From Psilocybe cubensis (Eukaryota), in the NCBI GenBank assembly GCA_017499595.2, contig CM039006.1, forward strand, positions 2,232,001 through 2,296,000: 64,000 bases of DNA, read 5' to 3'. Below are positions 1 to 12,425 of this stretch, one piece after another. How positions within the stretch are numbered: position 1 is the first letter of the stretch; every line of letters begins with the position of its first letter. The notes under the pieces were generated by a model. It did no database searches. It saw only the letters and a program-made list of their open reading frames with translations, and was not told where the DNA came from. The position numbers and the translations under genes were made by a program.

Positions 1-818
1 ATGGCGTGTTCAACGTCAAGCGATCGCGTTTACTGCATTCTCGAAAAGGAAGGCGCCATTCCCACGATGCATACAATGTCGCTACTTACAATCTTTATAA
101 GGTCGTATGAACTTGAAACAGTAGCCTCAAAATAATCTTTTATTGAACGTCTACCAGAAAAATTAACTGCGGAGAATAGAATGGATGAAATGTATTGACC
201 ATTAATCAAACACGAAAACTCTTCAGATTTCTTTGAGATTCAATCGCAGAGAATCAATGACCAACGGGTGTATTGAAGTTTTAAATGGATTCAAGTACAT
301 GCCAGATAATGAATCAAAGCTAATCAGCTATTTAGTTAAGTTTGAGAGGGGTCCAGGATAAGAGAAAACACAGCCTTAGTAAGGAATTGTACGCCCAACC
401 GCTCACTCGGTGATTACGGACTTAGACAACTCGAGTTGGAGTCCCCGCCTTACATTAGTTCAAAATTACCAATCTGAATTTTGGAGCTTGCTTCCCCGAG
501 TTCATAATAGCTTCTGAGCAGCTTGGAAGCTGTCATCTGAGTAAGATCGCTATATTTTATCTTAGTGGTTGTGAAATACGCGGAGAATGGCGGGCTCACG
601 GTCCAAATCGAGGTTGTCACCGTGGGACTTGTATCAAACTTGTGGTAGCCGAGTGAGCGAGATGAATTCACATTCCGGCACAGAAAGTGGGAGGATATGA
701 CGTTAAGGTCCTTGTACTGGGGTATAAAAGCTGCTATGCTTTTCGTTTCCATTCAACGTATCAACTCTTCTTTTACACCTTCTCTAGCTTGATCGCATAT
801 ACCCAATCGCAATCAAAC

Positions 819-1844
819 ATGCCTTCCGAGCTATTTGTTTTGACTTCAGCAGACAGAACCCTGACAGGAGCACAGACTTTACGCGTGATTTTAATTCAGT
901 GAAGTATTCATGGTCTGAAACATTTGTCTGATTCTAGGGGTGGTACTTGCCTGAAGCAGCGCATCCCTACTACTTGCTCGCCCCACACGCAACCATCGAT
1001 TTTGCCGCGCCAAAGGGGGCCAATCCGCCGCTAGACGAAAGTAGCGTGAAAGTAATTAGCACTTTCTGTATTTACAGAAATACGGCACTCACCAGCGTAC
1101 GCAGCTATACAAAGATGAGGAGTCTGTCAGGTTTCTTACCGATCCTGTGGTACAAGAGAAACTTGCCAGCACAAAAAGCTGTCGGAGGTGCAGTTCCGCG
1201 ATTACGATGCTATTTTTTACGTTGGGGGGCACGGGCCTGTAATTGATCTTCCAACCGATAAGGACAACATCAAGTTGATTGGAGAGGTAAGCCCGCCAAA
1301 CAGAGGTCGTGCTGAAGAATGGGTTTACAACCTTTTGGGGAGTTAGTTCTAGGATTCTGGAAGGATTGTCTCAGCTGTTTGCCATGGACCTGCGTAAGAG
1401 TATTTTCGAGTGACGTCAGTGGGATGGCTTTACTGACACGTCTTTGGAAGTGCTCTTGTGAATGGTGTAGACGCCGACGGCAAGTTAAATTTTGCAGGAC
1501 GAACGTTCACTGGATTCTCAAACGAAGAAGAAGTTCAAGTCGACAAAGTCGCGGTAAGCATCAATTTATGACAGAGTTTCTGGGTTATTGACCGTTTGCA
1601 TTCGGTTCAGGACATCCCATTTTTGCTGGAGGATAGGATTCAAGATCTCGGAGGCAAATATGTCAAGGCTGATAAAGCTTGGGGTGTCAGTTAGCTCCTC
1701 AGCAGCAGAGACGTAAAAATTCTGACGCTGGTGATTATTTTTTAGGTGAAAATTGCGGTCGATGGGAAGCTCATTACGGGCCAGAATCCTGCCTCTGCTT
1801 CCGCTGTTGGAAAGGCACTTCTCCAGGCTCTTGGGGTACATTAA
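819..1844 (+). pseudogene. DJ-1/PfpI (Hsp31/glyoxalase III-like) gene, multi-exon, with apparent lesions
   Basis: Exons read MPSELFVLTSADRTLTGAQT / GWYLPEAAHPYY / YDAIFYVGGHGP / VSAVCHGP / FTGFSNEEE / IPFLLEDRI / LITGQNPASA, ending at TAA 1842-1844. The first donor reads TT (879), an A-run at ~1173-1177 is one base short, and a TAG lies where a Tyr is expected (~1348). Confidence 0.8.
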
Positions 1845-2288
1845 TGGATGCACTCACCTTTGAGATGCAATGGAACCAGACGTCGAACGCAGAATGATTA
1901 GAGATTTGGATTACGTACTCCTGTCATCGTTAGCCTTTAGAAGGCGTAAACATTTCTTTCATGAGTCCTTCGATGCGTTGTTGTGCTTGAGACTGACTGT
2001 AAAACGAGTCGACTAGAACATGCGCAAGGTCTCGTAGTGCATCAAACTTGCTATATACATTATTTTGATCAGAAAGTTCTCTAGAGGAGGTGGAGCAAAA
2101 CGATGGAACAAAACGACAATAATAGACGCCTGTCGAACTATTTTAAAATGACTCACCTTTAGGTTATGACTCGATTATGTACGTACCCTGTACGTACCCC
2201 TGGGGAACCAAGGGCATATTTTAAATGTGCATTGACGTGTGTTTTTCTTGCCTCTGACCTGTGCGCTGAAGAAGTACTTGCTACGACA

Positions 2289-3658
2289 ATGCGCCCACCT
2301 CACCTCATGACCCTCGCGGACCTCTCCCCTTGGCAGATAAAACACATCGTCAACCACGCGCATATGCTAAAAACGCGTGCAAAGCCGTGGATGGGCCCAC
2401 AGCGCTCCTCTGCGGCTGTTGATGGTAGTACTACCAACAGCGTCAAGGCAAACCTCCCCGCGGAGTCGCTGCATGCAAAAACAATCGCACTGCTTTTTTC
2501 CAAGCGCAGCACGCGCACGCGGCTCGCCGCGGAGACGAGCGTTGCGCTCTTGGGAGGCCGCGCGCTGTTTTTGGGCAGGGATGACATACAGATGGGTGTG
2601 AATGAGAGCGTGAGGGATACAGCGCGGATTGTGTCGGGGATGTGTCAGGGGATAGTCGCGCGTGTAGGCGATCATAGTGAAATTGAGGTGAGATTTGTAC
2701 TTAATAATTTTCTTGAAGCTTGTTAATGGAGCTTTTGGGGTGTGCAGGAGATCGCGAAGTGGGCGGATGTCCCTGTTGTCAATGCGCTTTCGAGCCTGTG
2801 GCATCCTACGCAGATACTAGCTGGGCTGCTCACTCTCCACGACCACGCTGCTGTGTTTCAGAGCCTCAGCAAGCCAACTCCGACGCCGACGCCCAGCCCA
2901 ACGTCAACGCACGCAATAGCACAGCCAGAAACTACACCTGCCCTGCCGGCGCTCCCACCTCTTACAATCGCGTACGTGGGTGACTGCGCCAACGTCCTTC
3001 ATGATATGCTCGTTGCGTATCCACGGCTGGGCCATCGCATGCGCGTCGCTGCGCCCCTGCAGTACCGCCCTCCCGCTGAGGTGATGCGGCGCGTTGTGCA
3101 GCTTGGGTGTAATCGGGGTATTGAGTGGTTCGAGAACCCGCTCGAGGCCGTATACGGTGCCCATGTGGTTGTTACTGATACGTGGTGCGTGTGATAAGCA
3201 TATGGCACGTTCGTTGAGCTTGAGTTGATTTTTTATCGTTTTGACGCTGTTTCGTAGGGTGTCGATGGGCCAGGAGGCGGAAAAGGAGGAAAGAATTAGG
3301 GCCTTTGAAGGGTATCAGGTCACTGAGAAGCTTTGTGCGCATGCGCATCCGGATTGGATGTTCATGCATTGTCTTCCCCGCAAATCGGACGAAGTCAACG
3401 ACGAGGTGGGTGGCTATGTTCAAAATTTTTGAAAAGGATTTCCTTATCGGATTTGTATTCTGTAAAGGTTTTCTATGGCCCGCGTTCGCTTGTGTTCCAG
3501 GAGGCAGACAATAGAAAGTGGACGACGATGGCGCTGTTTGAGTGAGTGTCGTTCCCATGGGCTTCTCGGAATTAAATGTGGAAGCTGATTTCTTGATCGA
3601 TGACTCGTTTTCTAGCTTACTCTTCGGGCAGTGGAGTTTAGGTCCGGAAGATCCTTAA
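2289..3658 (+). CDS. ARG3: Ornithine carbamoyltransferase (spliced)
   Basis: Motifs [38 protein letters not shown] and QEADNRKWT are spread over GT-AG-bounded exons. Stop is TAA 3656-3658. Confidence 0.92.
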
Positions 3659-4789
3659 AGACCTTGACACTGATATACTGCAACGAATCGGTTTTTTCAG
3701 CAGCGGATAAAGAATTAAAGGAATCAGGATGAGCGTTACGTTGAGGTGACTGGCATCATCGATGATCGATCATCAGTAATTGACAAGAGCACACACAAGT
3801 TCTATTTATAGCTCGCCGTTTGAGAGTCAGTTCATGTTCGAGTGGCGTTCCCAGATGCTTGCCTACTTCCCTATCGTTCTTCTCACCATGCTAAGATGGA
3901 AAACACAACTTTCGTAAGATATTAATGCTGAGAAATGTTAATATGAATCAAACCCATCGTTGCATTAAAATTGGCGACTCATTAAATTGACAAGCGCCCA
4001 TGAGGTATACATGCTCCCGCCGTGTTCGCCGTGTTCCCAGTGAGCGTCCTGGCGGTGGCGCAGACAAGGCATGCATGTGAATTAGCAGGTGAGAGAAACA
4101 CACTAGTTTCAGCAGCTAGGATGCCAGATAGATTCATCCACACTCACTCTTCAATGGCCGACTCATGACATGGGGACCACACCGGAAGGTACGCTCCGAA
4201 TCTGGGCGTTTTCTTTCTATATGGTTAGGTGTTTGTTGCGGTGAGTCAAAGGAAGAGAATCCCTGTGTTCAGCTGACTGAAATTTTCTTGTTGTACTTCG
4301 TGTTATGTGTGAATACAATGGTGCGATTTGGTATATCTAGTCATACCAGGGACATACATTTCCTTGTCACTCCCACAGTATGATTCTTTGATGTGTTTAG
4401 TGCGGTGATTTGGCTTGTACAGCGGTACATATAGCGAAAAGCCACTGTCATAAATGCGCATGTACGCACATGCGGACTGAGTGACTCATAGTTCATGAGA
4501 ACTATCGGTAATTTGGCACCATTTTCGTCGACTTTTGCTCACCTTATCGATTTCTTTTGTGTGTATTCATGCTTTCTTTACTCCGTTTGAAATGATCGAA
4601 GCTCGCTTCCAGTACGTCGTGTTTGCACGCACAGACCGAGCTTTTGGGTATTTAAGTGGCATACTTTGTCGACGCCTTCTTACAAACTTTCCTCGTCTGC
4701 AGTACTTCGCAAAATCAAATACAACCGTTCGTTTGTTTCAGCTTAATCCTTGTTTATACTATGGCCGCTGACACTTGTTATCTATCCAG

Positions 4790-5423
4790 ATGGTCGCTAA
4801 CAAATTGAGACTCTATCTTGCTTACTTCAAGCGAACTAATCCCAGCGGAGCCAACCCTGAGAGATACCATGTTTCTTTCATGATTTGCCCAAAAAAGCCG
4901 AAGGACAATGAGCCCAATGCCAGAATTCTTCACGCAGTCGATTTCTTGGATAAAAATCGAAAATTGCGACAAATATGGAGATTTGAAGCTAAAGATTCTT
5001 CTCCTCGAACCATAATGCTTTCTGGGGTTATGCTGCTCGGGAAGCTCGAGCCTGCAATCACACCCGAAATCATCGAAGAAGTGTTGACCAAGATATATAT
5101 CCCACCGACAGATGCAGATGCCTCTGGAGCAGACTGGAGATGCACAAATTGGGTGTGGGCATCGTTAGAGGTGAGTGTTTAAGCGATTGATAGTCCAAAT
5201 AACACCAATTTGACACTGCTTCTCGTTTTTAAAGATCCTGGCGGAGGAGAGGATTATTCCGAGATTTGATGGAACTGGCCAGGATCTGTGGAATGTTGGA
5301 GTCAACTTTGTCAACGGAGCAACAAACGGAAACGGGATTCCAGTACATGATGACTGGCTTTATACGTGCGATATGTCTGGCAGGCAAATCGATAGCGAAA
5401 TTGGGCCTTATGTTCGAAAATGA
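4790..5423 (+). CDS. Hypothetical fungal protein, two exons (4790-5170, 5235-5423)
   Basis: MVANKLRLYLAYF...YHVSF...WRCTNWVWASLE is followed by a GTGAGT...AAAG intron and an in-frame exon 2 ending at TGA 5421-5423. The His and Cys motifs could be catalytic (inference). Confidence 0.65.
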
Positions 5424-5628
5424 AATGAATTTCGACAACCACTTTGTGAACTGGTGGCGTATAACCACACAAAGTAACACAATACAGCTTCAGATTTATG
5501 TTCATGCGTACTCGAAGGTAGTTTTGGAAGTTTGTTGTCAGTCCAGACTAGATAGTAATACAATTTGCAACATTTCAAAGGACATGATGAACCCGCTTAA
5601 CATGCGTTTATATAAATGACCACCAGAA

Positions 5629-6545
5629 CTATCGGAAAGCAAAATACCCTTTCATTGCAAATTGGACATCCCATTCATCATCGTATCTGTCCACTGCTTC
5701 CTTGAACATATCCAACCAACTTGTGAACCACCAACGAGCTTCATGTGTCCGAATATAATCCCAATATTCTGGGAACCAGCCCGCCATTTCCCAATCGATA
5801 AAAACCGCTTTGCCATCATTCCAGATGATGTTATGAGGCCCAAGATCGCCATGACAGAACACGCTCTTGTATTTCTTCCCTTGTACTTTAGAAAGGGGTT
5901 CTTGGAGATTGGGGTAGTGGTGCGGTCGTTGACGGAAAACGTCGTGATGCATAAATTTATGAAATTCATCGTGGCTGGAGAATGGACCCCAGATGTAGTT
6001 TTCTATACGGTTGTCCGAGAGACCAGAGCCATCAACGGATTGAACGTGTTCTGGGTGGGGAGGCTTGAGGCTGCGCAATTGAGTAAAAAAGTCTTTGATC
6101 TGTAGCATACAGCTTTGCTTCTCTTCGGTTGATAGATGATCCCAGTCTATTTGCAGAACGCGACCTGGGATACGTTCTTGAACAATGTGCACAATTCCAT
6201 TGACAGTATAAACATCAAGCACTCGGGGCACTGGAATCGTTGTGTTTTGTGCAATAAACTCCATGGACAGGGCCTCCTGATAGCGCACACCACGATGTGC
6301 TTTGACAAATGTCCTGCTTCTGAATGAGAGAAACTTCCAGTCGGGTGTATAGTTTCTGAGACGCCGTCTAAGCTTGTACTTGAAGAGTTCAAACCCGCTC
6401 AATTCCCGTACAGGAAACCATGGAACCTGAAAAGTTATGCTGGAAGCGCTAGCAATGCACTGTTATATGAACAATTGATATACCCTCTTAAGAGAATGGA
6501 TGCGTACAAAGTGTCTTCCTCTTTTCCTTCGGATTTTGTTTCCAT
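5629..6545 (-). CDS. APH/choline-kinase-like phosphotransferase, copy 1 (intact)
   Basis: Short exon 1 METKSEGKEEDT, then a GTACGC...CTAG intron, then EALSMEFIAQNTTIPVPRV, HGDLGPHNI and DWEMAGWFPEYW. Confidence 0.85.
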
Positions 6546-6800
6546 TCCGGTTGAGATAATGACGCTGTGAGAAGAACGAGAAAAAGGAAGAGTGTGGGAG
6601 AATTTACAACACAACCTAGTTTAATGGCTGTCCTGGAAAGATCCGAAAATTTGAACACCGTCGTAAGTGCGCACACAACGTGGAAGGTCGGATTGGAGGA
6701 CCATTCCTGAATACTCTGCTCGAAACCTGATATGTTTATGACCAATTCAAGTCCAAACTTCATGGACTTTCAAAGAGTTTGTCATGGCATTGAAATAGGC

Positions 6801-8090
6801 CATCAGCAAAAGTGACCAGACCCCCAAATGCCTTGGGAGCCTTATAAGGCATGCCAATGTTTTACGTGACACAGTAATGTCACGCAAAACATTTGGGCAA
6901 CATTTGGGAACACTCAAATCATTTGGTGGTCATTTGGAGGCCCCACAAACATTTTTGAAGCACAAAACAAGCACCAAATAATTTCTAGTAACTACAATTT
7001 ACAAAAAAAAATTCGTAGACTGTGCAACCTTGAAGGAATCATTTAACAAAATTAAAAGAGGTCACAAAACATTTGGTTTTACACTTCGGTTATGAGAAAT
7101 GTTTACAGGACTTTCAAATGCTGATGAAATAATTCATCCACACCAAAATTTACTGGCTATACAGCCACATTAGTTCTAATTAGAATTCTGTACAGTTGGT
7201 CACCCGGTCTGTACAATTTCTCGACTGTCAACGAAGTCACAATGCGATCAGCATGAATCGGAGTGAATCGGAGATCAAATATTTGTTTGTTTGTGCATAA
7301 TAATCTCTTTCAACCCCCGTTTCTTTCTTTCCACATACTCTCATGTTCACTACTCCGGCGACGCTTGGTGGGACTTGGGCTTGGACTTTTCAACTCTAAG
7401 TCTTCGTATATCATAGCTGAATCTAACTCACAGGTAATTCTGCCACTTCCTTTCTGATTAGATCATCCTCAACTGACCATGTATCTGCCTTTCCGTAGAC
7501 CGTTCTCCTTCTGCCTTAGATCTACTGGATATCCGGCTTGGTATATAATTATTCACTAGTTCCCAAACTTTTAGGTGAGTATATGCGCACTTCTGCACAC
7601 ACACCTTGCTTACATCATGCAACCAAAGTAGCTCCTATAATTCATGGGTAACATCTATTGATGACATCATCTCAGCATCATTTTGTTATTTACCCACTTT
7701 CTCGCTTCTCTGTACCTTTTGGAGTCATGTTGTAGTATAAGTTTTCTTAATGCAACAAGTTCTTTTTACTTGCTATGATAATCTGAGGGATCCACTAAAT
7801 AAGGAACCATGTGAACAGTGTAAAACATTTAAACACTGGCAAATGTTTGCCAAATGTTTTTGGGACTCCCAAATGTTGCCTAAATGTTACGGACACTCTC
7901 AAATTTTAACCAAATGATTTGGCTATATTTAGTACTACCTAAATCATTTCCTTGGAATAAATAATTCGAAGCCTTTCAGTCTTCGGAGTCTCTCGTTACG
8001 AACCGCACAATGCCTTTCGGGCATTGGGGCCTTTGGACGCCTCCAAATGCCTTGACAAGGCATTTGGGGATCCGAGCACTTTTGCTGATG
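6801..8090. mobile_element. Non-autonomous TIR DNA transposon (1290 bp), possibly CMC/EnSpm-like
   Basis: TIRs CATCAGCAAAAGTG...CACTTTTGCTGATG, 2-bp GC duplication (6799-6800, 8091-8092), subterminal CAAATG/CATTTG repeats. The paralogous empty site AAATAGGCTCGG is at ~10724-10735. Confidence 0.85.
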
Positions 8091-8310
8091 GCTCGGTCTC
8101 CAGGTAATAGCCTTCCGAACTCCGCTCTGATGCGCATATGCCGTCGTTTATCTTGCTTTTTTCATTTCATATCTCAAGCAACCGCGCGCTATTTTGAGGA
8201 CCAAAATCGTGAATTGACAAGCGCCCATGACGTACACATGTTTCACTGTGTAGAATGATTGTCCTGGAGATGGAATTACGAAGCAAGTTCAGCCAGTGCA
8301 ACCATGCACC

Positions 8311-9231
8311 TTATATTGTGTATACATATTCTTTAATTCCGAGCTGAACATCCCACTCGTCGTCGTATCTCTCCACTACTTCTTTAAACATATCCATCCA
8401 GCTTTCAAAATCTCATCTCGCCTCGTGTGTCCGAATGTAATCCCAGCACTCAGGGAACCAACCTGCCATTTCCCAGTCGATGATAACCGCTTTGCCATCG
8501 CACCAGATGATATTATGAGGCCCAAAATCGCCATGAGAAAAAACACTTTTGTATTGTTTCCCTTGCACTTTAGCCAGTGGTTCCTGTAATATGGGATAAA
8601 TATGTGACCGTTGACGGAAAACATCGTGATGTAGGAATATGTGGAATTCATCATGACTGTTGAATGGACCCCAGATGCAGTTTTTCACCCGATTGTCTGA
8701 GAGGCCGGTCCCATCAACGGATTGCACATGTCCCGGATGAGGAGGCTTGAGATTTTGTAACTGAACAAAATAATCTTTGATCTGCAACATACAGCTTCTC
8801 TTCTCTTCTTCTGATAAAAGATTCCAGACAGATTCAAGAAGACGACCGTGGATGCGTTCTTGTACAATGTGCACAGTTCCATTAACGGTATAAACGTCGA
8901 GTACGCGAGGGACCGGAATTGTTGTGTTTCGGGCGATGAATTCCATGGCCAGGGCCTCCTGATAGCGCACTCTAGAGTGCGCCTTGACAAATGGTCGATT
9001 TTTGAATGATAGAAATTGCCAGTCTGGTATATAGTCTCTGAGGCACCGGTGAATCTTGTATTTGAAAAGTTTAAAGCCACTCAATTCCCGCACAGGAAAC
9101 CATGGAACCTGAAAGGTTGGCATGACAGAAGTGCTATCATGCACAATTATACGATTAATTGATACACATTCTTAGTAGTAGATGCATACGTACGAAGTTT
9201 CGCCCTCTTTCACTTCAGATTTTCTATTCAT
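8311..9231 (-). pseudogene. APH-like phosphotransferase, copy 2 (premature stop near C-terminus)
   Basis: Same exon structure (MNRKSEVKEGET + intron), with HGDFGPHNI and DWEMAGW. TGA replaces Trp at 8413-8415, and the homologous frame continues to TAA 8311-8313. Confidence 0.8.
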
Positions 9232-9560
9232 TTTGCTTGAGATAATGACGCTGTGAAAAGAACGAAAAAAAGGAAGAGTGTGGAGTCTTTACAACGCAAC
9301 CTTGTTTGTATTATGTTCATGGCTGTCCTGGAAAGATCCGAACATTTGAACACACCGCGTGCAACCTGCACGCAGCTGGGAACGAGACAGGCGTTTATGC
9401 TTTGGGGGCGCGGCGCGCTATTCTGGGCAACGAACAAATTGGTGAAACATTTAATCAGGAAGCGCCCACGACCTATGCATGCTTTCCAATGCACAGTAAT
9501 TGTCCTGGAGGTAGGATGTATGAAGCGAGGACCATCAATTCTGTCATGTATCACGGAACG

Positions 9561-10477
9561 TTAAATTTTAAATATGTATTCTTTAATCCCAAGCTCAACA
9601 TCCCACTCGTCATCGTACCTGTCCACTACTTCCTTGAACATATCCAACCAGCTTGTATACCACCAACGAGCTTCATGTGTCCGAATATAGTCCCAATACT
9701 CCGGGAACCAGCCTGCCATTTCCCAATCAATAAAAACCGCTTTACCATTGTTCCAGATGATGTTATGAGGCCCAAGATCGCCATGACAGAACACGCTCTT
9801 GTATTTCCTCCCTTGAACCTTTGCCAGTGGTTCGCGTAACTTGGGATAAATATCAGGCCACGCGCGGAAAACGTGGTGATGCATAAATTTATGGAATTCA
9901 TCGTGGCTGGAGAATGGGCCCCAGATGTAGTTCTCTACACGGTTGTCCGAGAGACCAGACCCATCGACGGATTGAACGTGTTCCGGGTGGGGAGGCTTGA
10001 TGCTGCGCAACTGGGTAAAAAATTGTTTGATCTGTAGCATACAGCTTTGCTTTTCTTCGGCTGATAGACGATCCCAGACTACTTGTAGAACGCGACCTGG
10101 GATACGCTCTTGAACAATATGCACAATCCCATTGACGGTATAAACATCGAGTACTCGGGGCACTGGAATTGTGGTGTTTCGTGCAATAAACTCCATGGAC
10201 AGGGCCTCCTGATAACGCACATCAGGATGTGCTTTCACAAATGTCCTGTTTTTGAATGAGAGAAACTTCCAGTGCGGTGTATAGCCTCTGAGACGCTGTT
10301 TAAGCTTGTATTTGAAGAGTTCGAGCCCACTCAATTCCCGTACAGGAAACCATGGAACCTGAAAAGGTATGCCAGAAGCGCTAGTAATGCACTATTATAT
10401 GAATAATTGATCAAATTTCTCAAGAGAACGCATGCGTACGAAGTGCCTCCCTCTTTTCTCTCAGATTTTGTGTCCAT
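9561..10477 (-). CDS. APH-like phosphotransferase, copy 3 (intact)
   Basis: Exon 1 MDTKSERKEGGT + intron, then an open exon 2 with HGDLGPHNI and DWEMAGWFPEYW. Confidence 0.85.
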
Positions 10478-10960
10478 TCCGGTTGAGATAATGACGCTGT
10501 GAGAAGAACGAAAAATAGGAAGAGTGTGGGATAATTTACAACACAACCTTGTTTAATGGCTGTCCTGGAAAGATCCGAAAATTTGAACACCGTCATAAGT
10601 GCGTACACACAACGTCAAAGGTCGGATTGGAGGACCATTTCTGAATACTCTGCTGGAAACCTGATATGTTTATGACAAAAAGTTCCAACCTCAAGGGCTT
10701 TCAAATAGCTTGTTATGGCAGTAAAATAGGCTCGGCCTCCAGCTAGCTTCTGAACTCCGCTCTGATGCGCATATGCCGTCGTATATTTATCATGCTTTTC
10801 ATTTCATATCTCAAGCAACCGTGCGCTATTTTGAGGACCAAATCGTTAACTTGACAAGCGCCCATGACGTATACACGCTTCCCTATCCCGATGCGCAAGA
10901 TTGTCTGGAAGTGGATGGTATAAAGCGAGTGCAATAAGTGCCGTTACGCATCGCGAAATG

Positions 10961-11876
10961 TTATATTGTGAAAACATACTCATGAACTCCAAGCTGGACA
11001 TCCCACTCATCGTCGTACCGATTCACTGCTTCTTGAACATATCCAACCAACTTGCGAAATACCACCGAGTCTCGTGTGTCCGAGTGTAATCCCAGTACTC
11101 GGGGAACCAACCTGCCATTTCCCAATCGATGATAACCGCTCTACCATTGCTCCAGATGATATTATGAGGTCCGAAGTCGCCGTGGGCGAAGACACTCTTA
11201 AATTTCTTTCCTTGTACTTTGGATAGAGGTTCTTGGAGATTCGGGTACCTTTCTGGCCGCTGACGGAAGAAATCGTGGTTCAGGATTTTTGGAACTCGTC
11301 GTGGCTGGAGAATGGACCCCAGATGTAGTTCTCGACTCTGTTATCTGAGAGACCCGATCCATCGATGGACTGGACGTGTTCGGGGTGAGGAGGCTTGAGA
11401 TTGCGGAGCTGGATGAAGTAGTCTTTGATTTGCAGCATGCAACTGCGCTTCTCATCCAGTGGCAGATCATCCCAGACTAGTTCTAGAACAAGACCTTGGA
11501 TGCGTTCCTGAAGGATGTGCACTATTCTATTGACAGTGTAAACATCGAGAATACGAGGGACTGGGATTGTTGTGTTTTGCGCTATAAATTCCATTGATAG
11601 GGCTTCTTGATATCGCACTTTCAGATGCGCTTTGACGAAGGGTCTGTTTTTGAATAAGAGGAAACGACAGTCTGTTATTAACTTTGATAGATGGCGGTTA
11701 AGCTTGTATCTGAAGAGTTCAAAACCACTCAATTCCCGTATAGGAAACCATGGAACCTGAAAAGCTGCCATGCCAGAAGTGCTAGCATGCATGACTATAT
11801 GATTAATTAATTTTCTTTCTTGGAGAACGCATACGTACGAGGTTTCTGCCTCTTTCCCTTTAGGTTTTGTATCCAT
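10961..11876 (-). pseudogene. APH-like phosphotransferase, copy 4 (frameshifted)
   Basis: The ORF stops at HDEFQKS* (11280). The HGDFGPHNI/DWEMAGW half continues in another frame. Confidence 0.8.
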
Positions 11877-12024
11877 TTCGATTGAGATAATGACGGTGTG
11901 AGAAGAATGAGGAAAAGGAAGAGTGTGGGAGTATTAAAACACATCCTTGTTTGGTGGCTGTCGTGGAAAGATCCAAAATGAACATTAACGTATACACAAC
12001 TCGAGAGCTGGAATTGAAAGACAC

Positions 12025-12425
12025 TGAGTATATCATGTATACGTATTCTTTAATTCCAAGTTGGACATCCCACTCGTCGTCGTATCTCTCCATTACTTCT
12101 TTAAACATATCCAGCCAGCTTTCAAAGTCCCATTTCGCCTCGTGCGTCCGGATATAATCCCAATACTCAGGAAACCAACCTGCCATCTCCCAATCTATAA
12201 CAACCGGCCCTCCGGACTCTTGGGAGCGTACTCTACAATGCGATATGGTGAATGGGAATGACAGGGTTTTGGATTTGATGAGAGGAATTTAGCCTAAAAG
12301 GCCTGGTTGGTGTATGTTTCTGAGACGCCGGTGAAGTTTGTATTTGAAACCTTGGAAGTTGTGTAATTCTCAGATGGGGCGCGTGCTAGGACTCTCAACG
12401 TACGAAGTGTTGCCTTCTATCACTT
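12025..12425 (-). pseudogene. APH-like phosphotransferase remnant, copy 5 (internally deleted)
   Basis: C-terminal MAGWFPEYWDYIRTHEAKWDFESWLDMFKEV at ~12030-12205. Degenerate N-terminal-like sequence lies at ~12300-12425. Confidence 0.7.

Noticed and set aside
450-752. 100-aa minus-strand ORF starting METKS, like kinase exon 1
   Set aside because: No further similarity to the kinases and no recognisable domain.
5629-12425. Kinase array as a horizontally acquired bacterial resistance cluster or part of a biosynthetic cluster
   Set aside because: The genes have a spliceosomal intron and fungal-type APH-like motifs, and no synthase, transporter or tailoring genes are adjacent.
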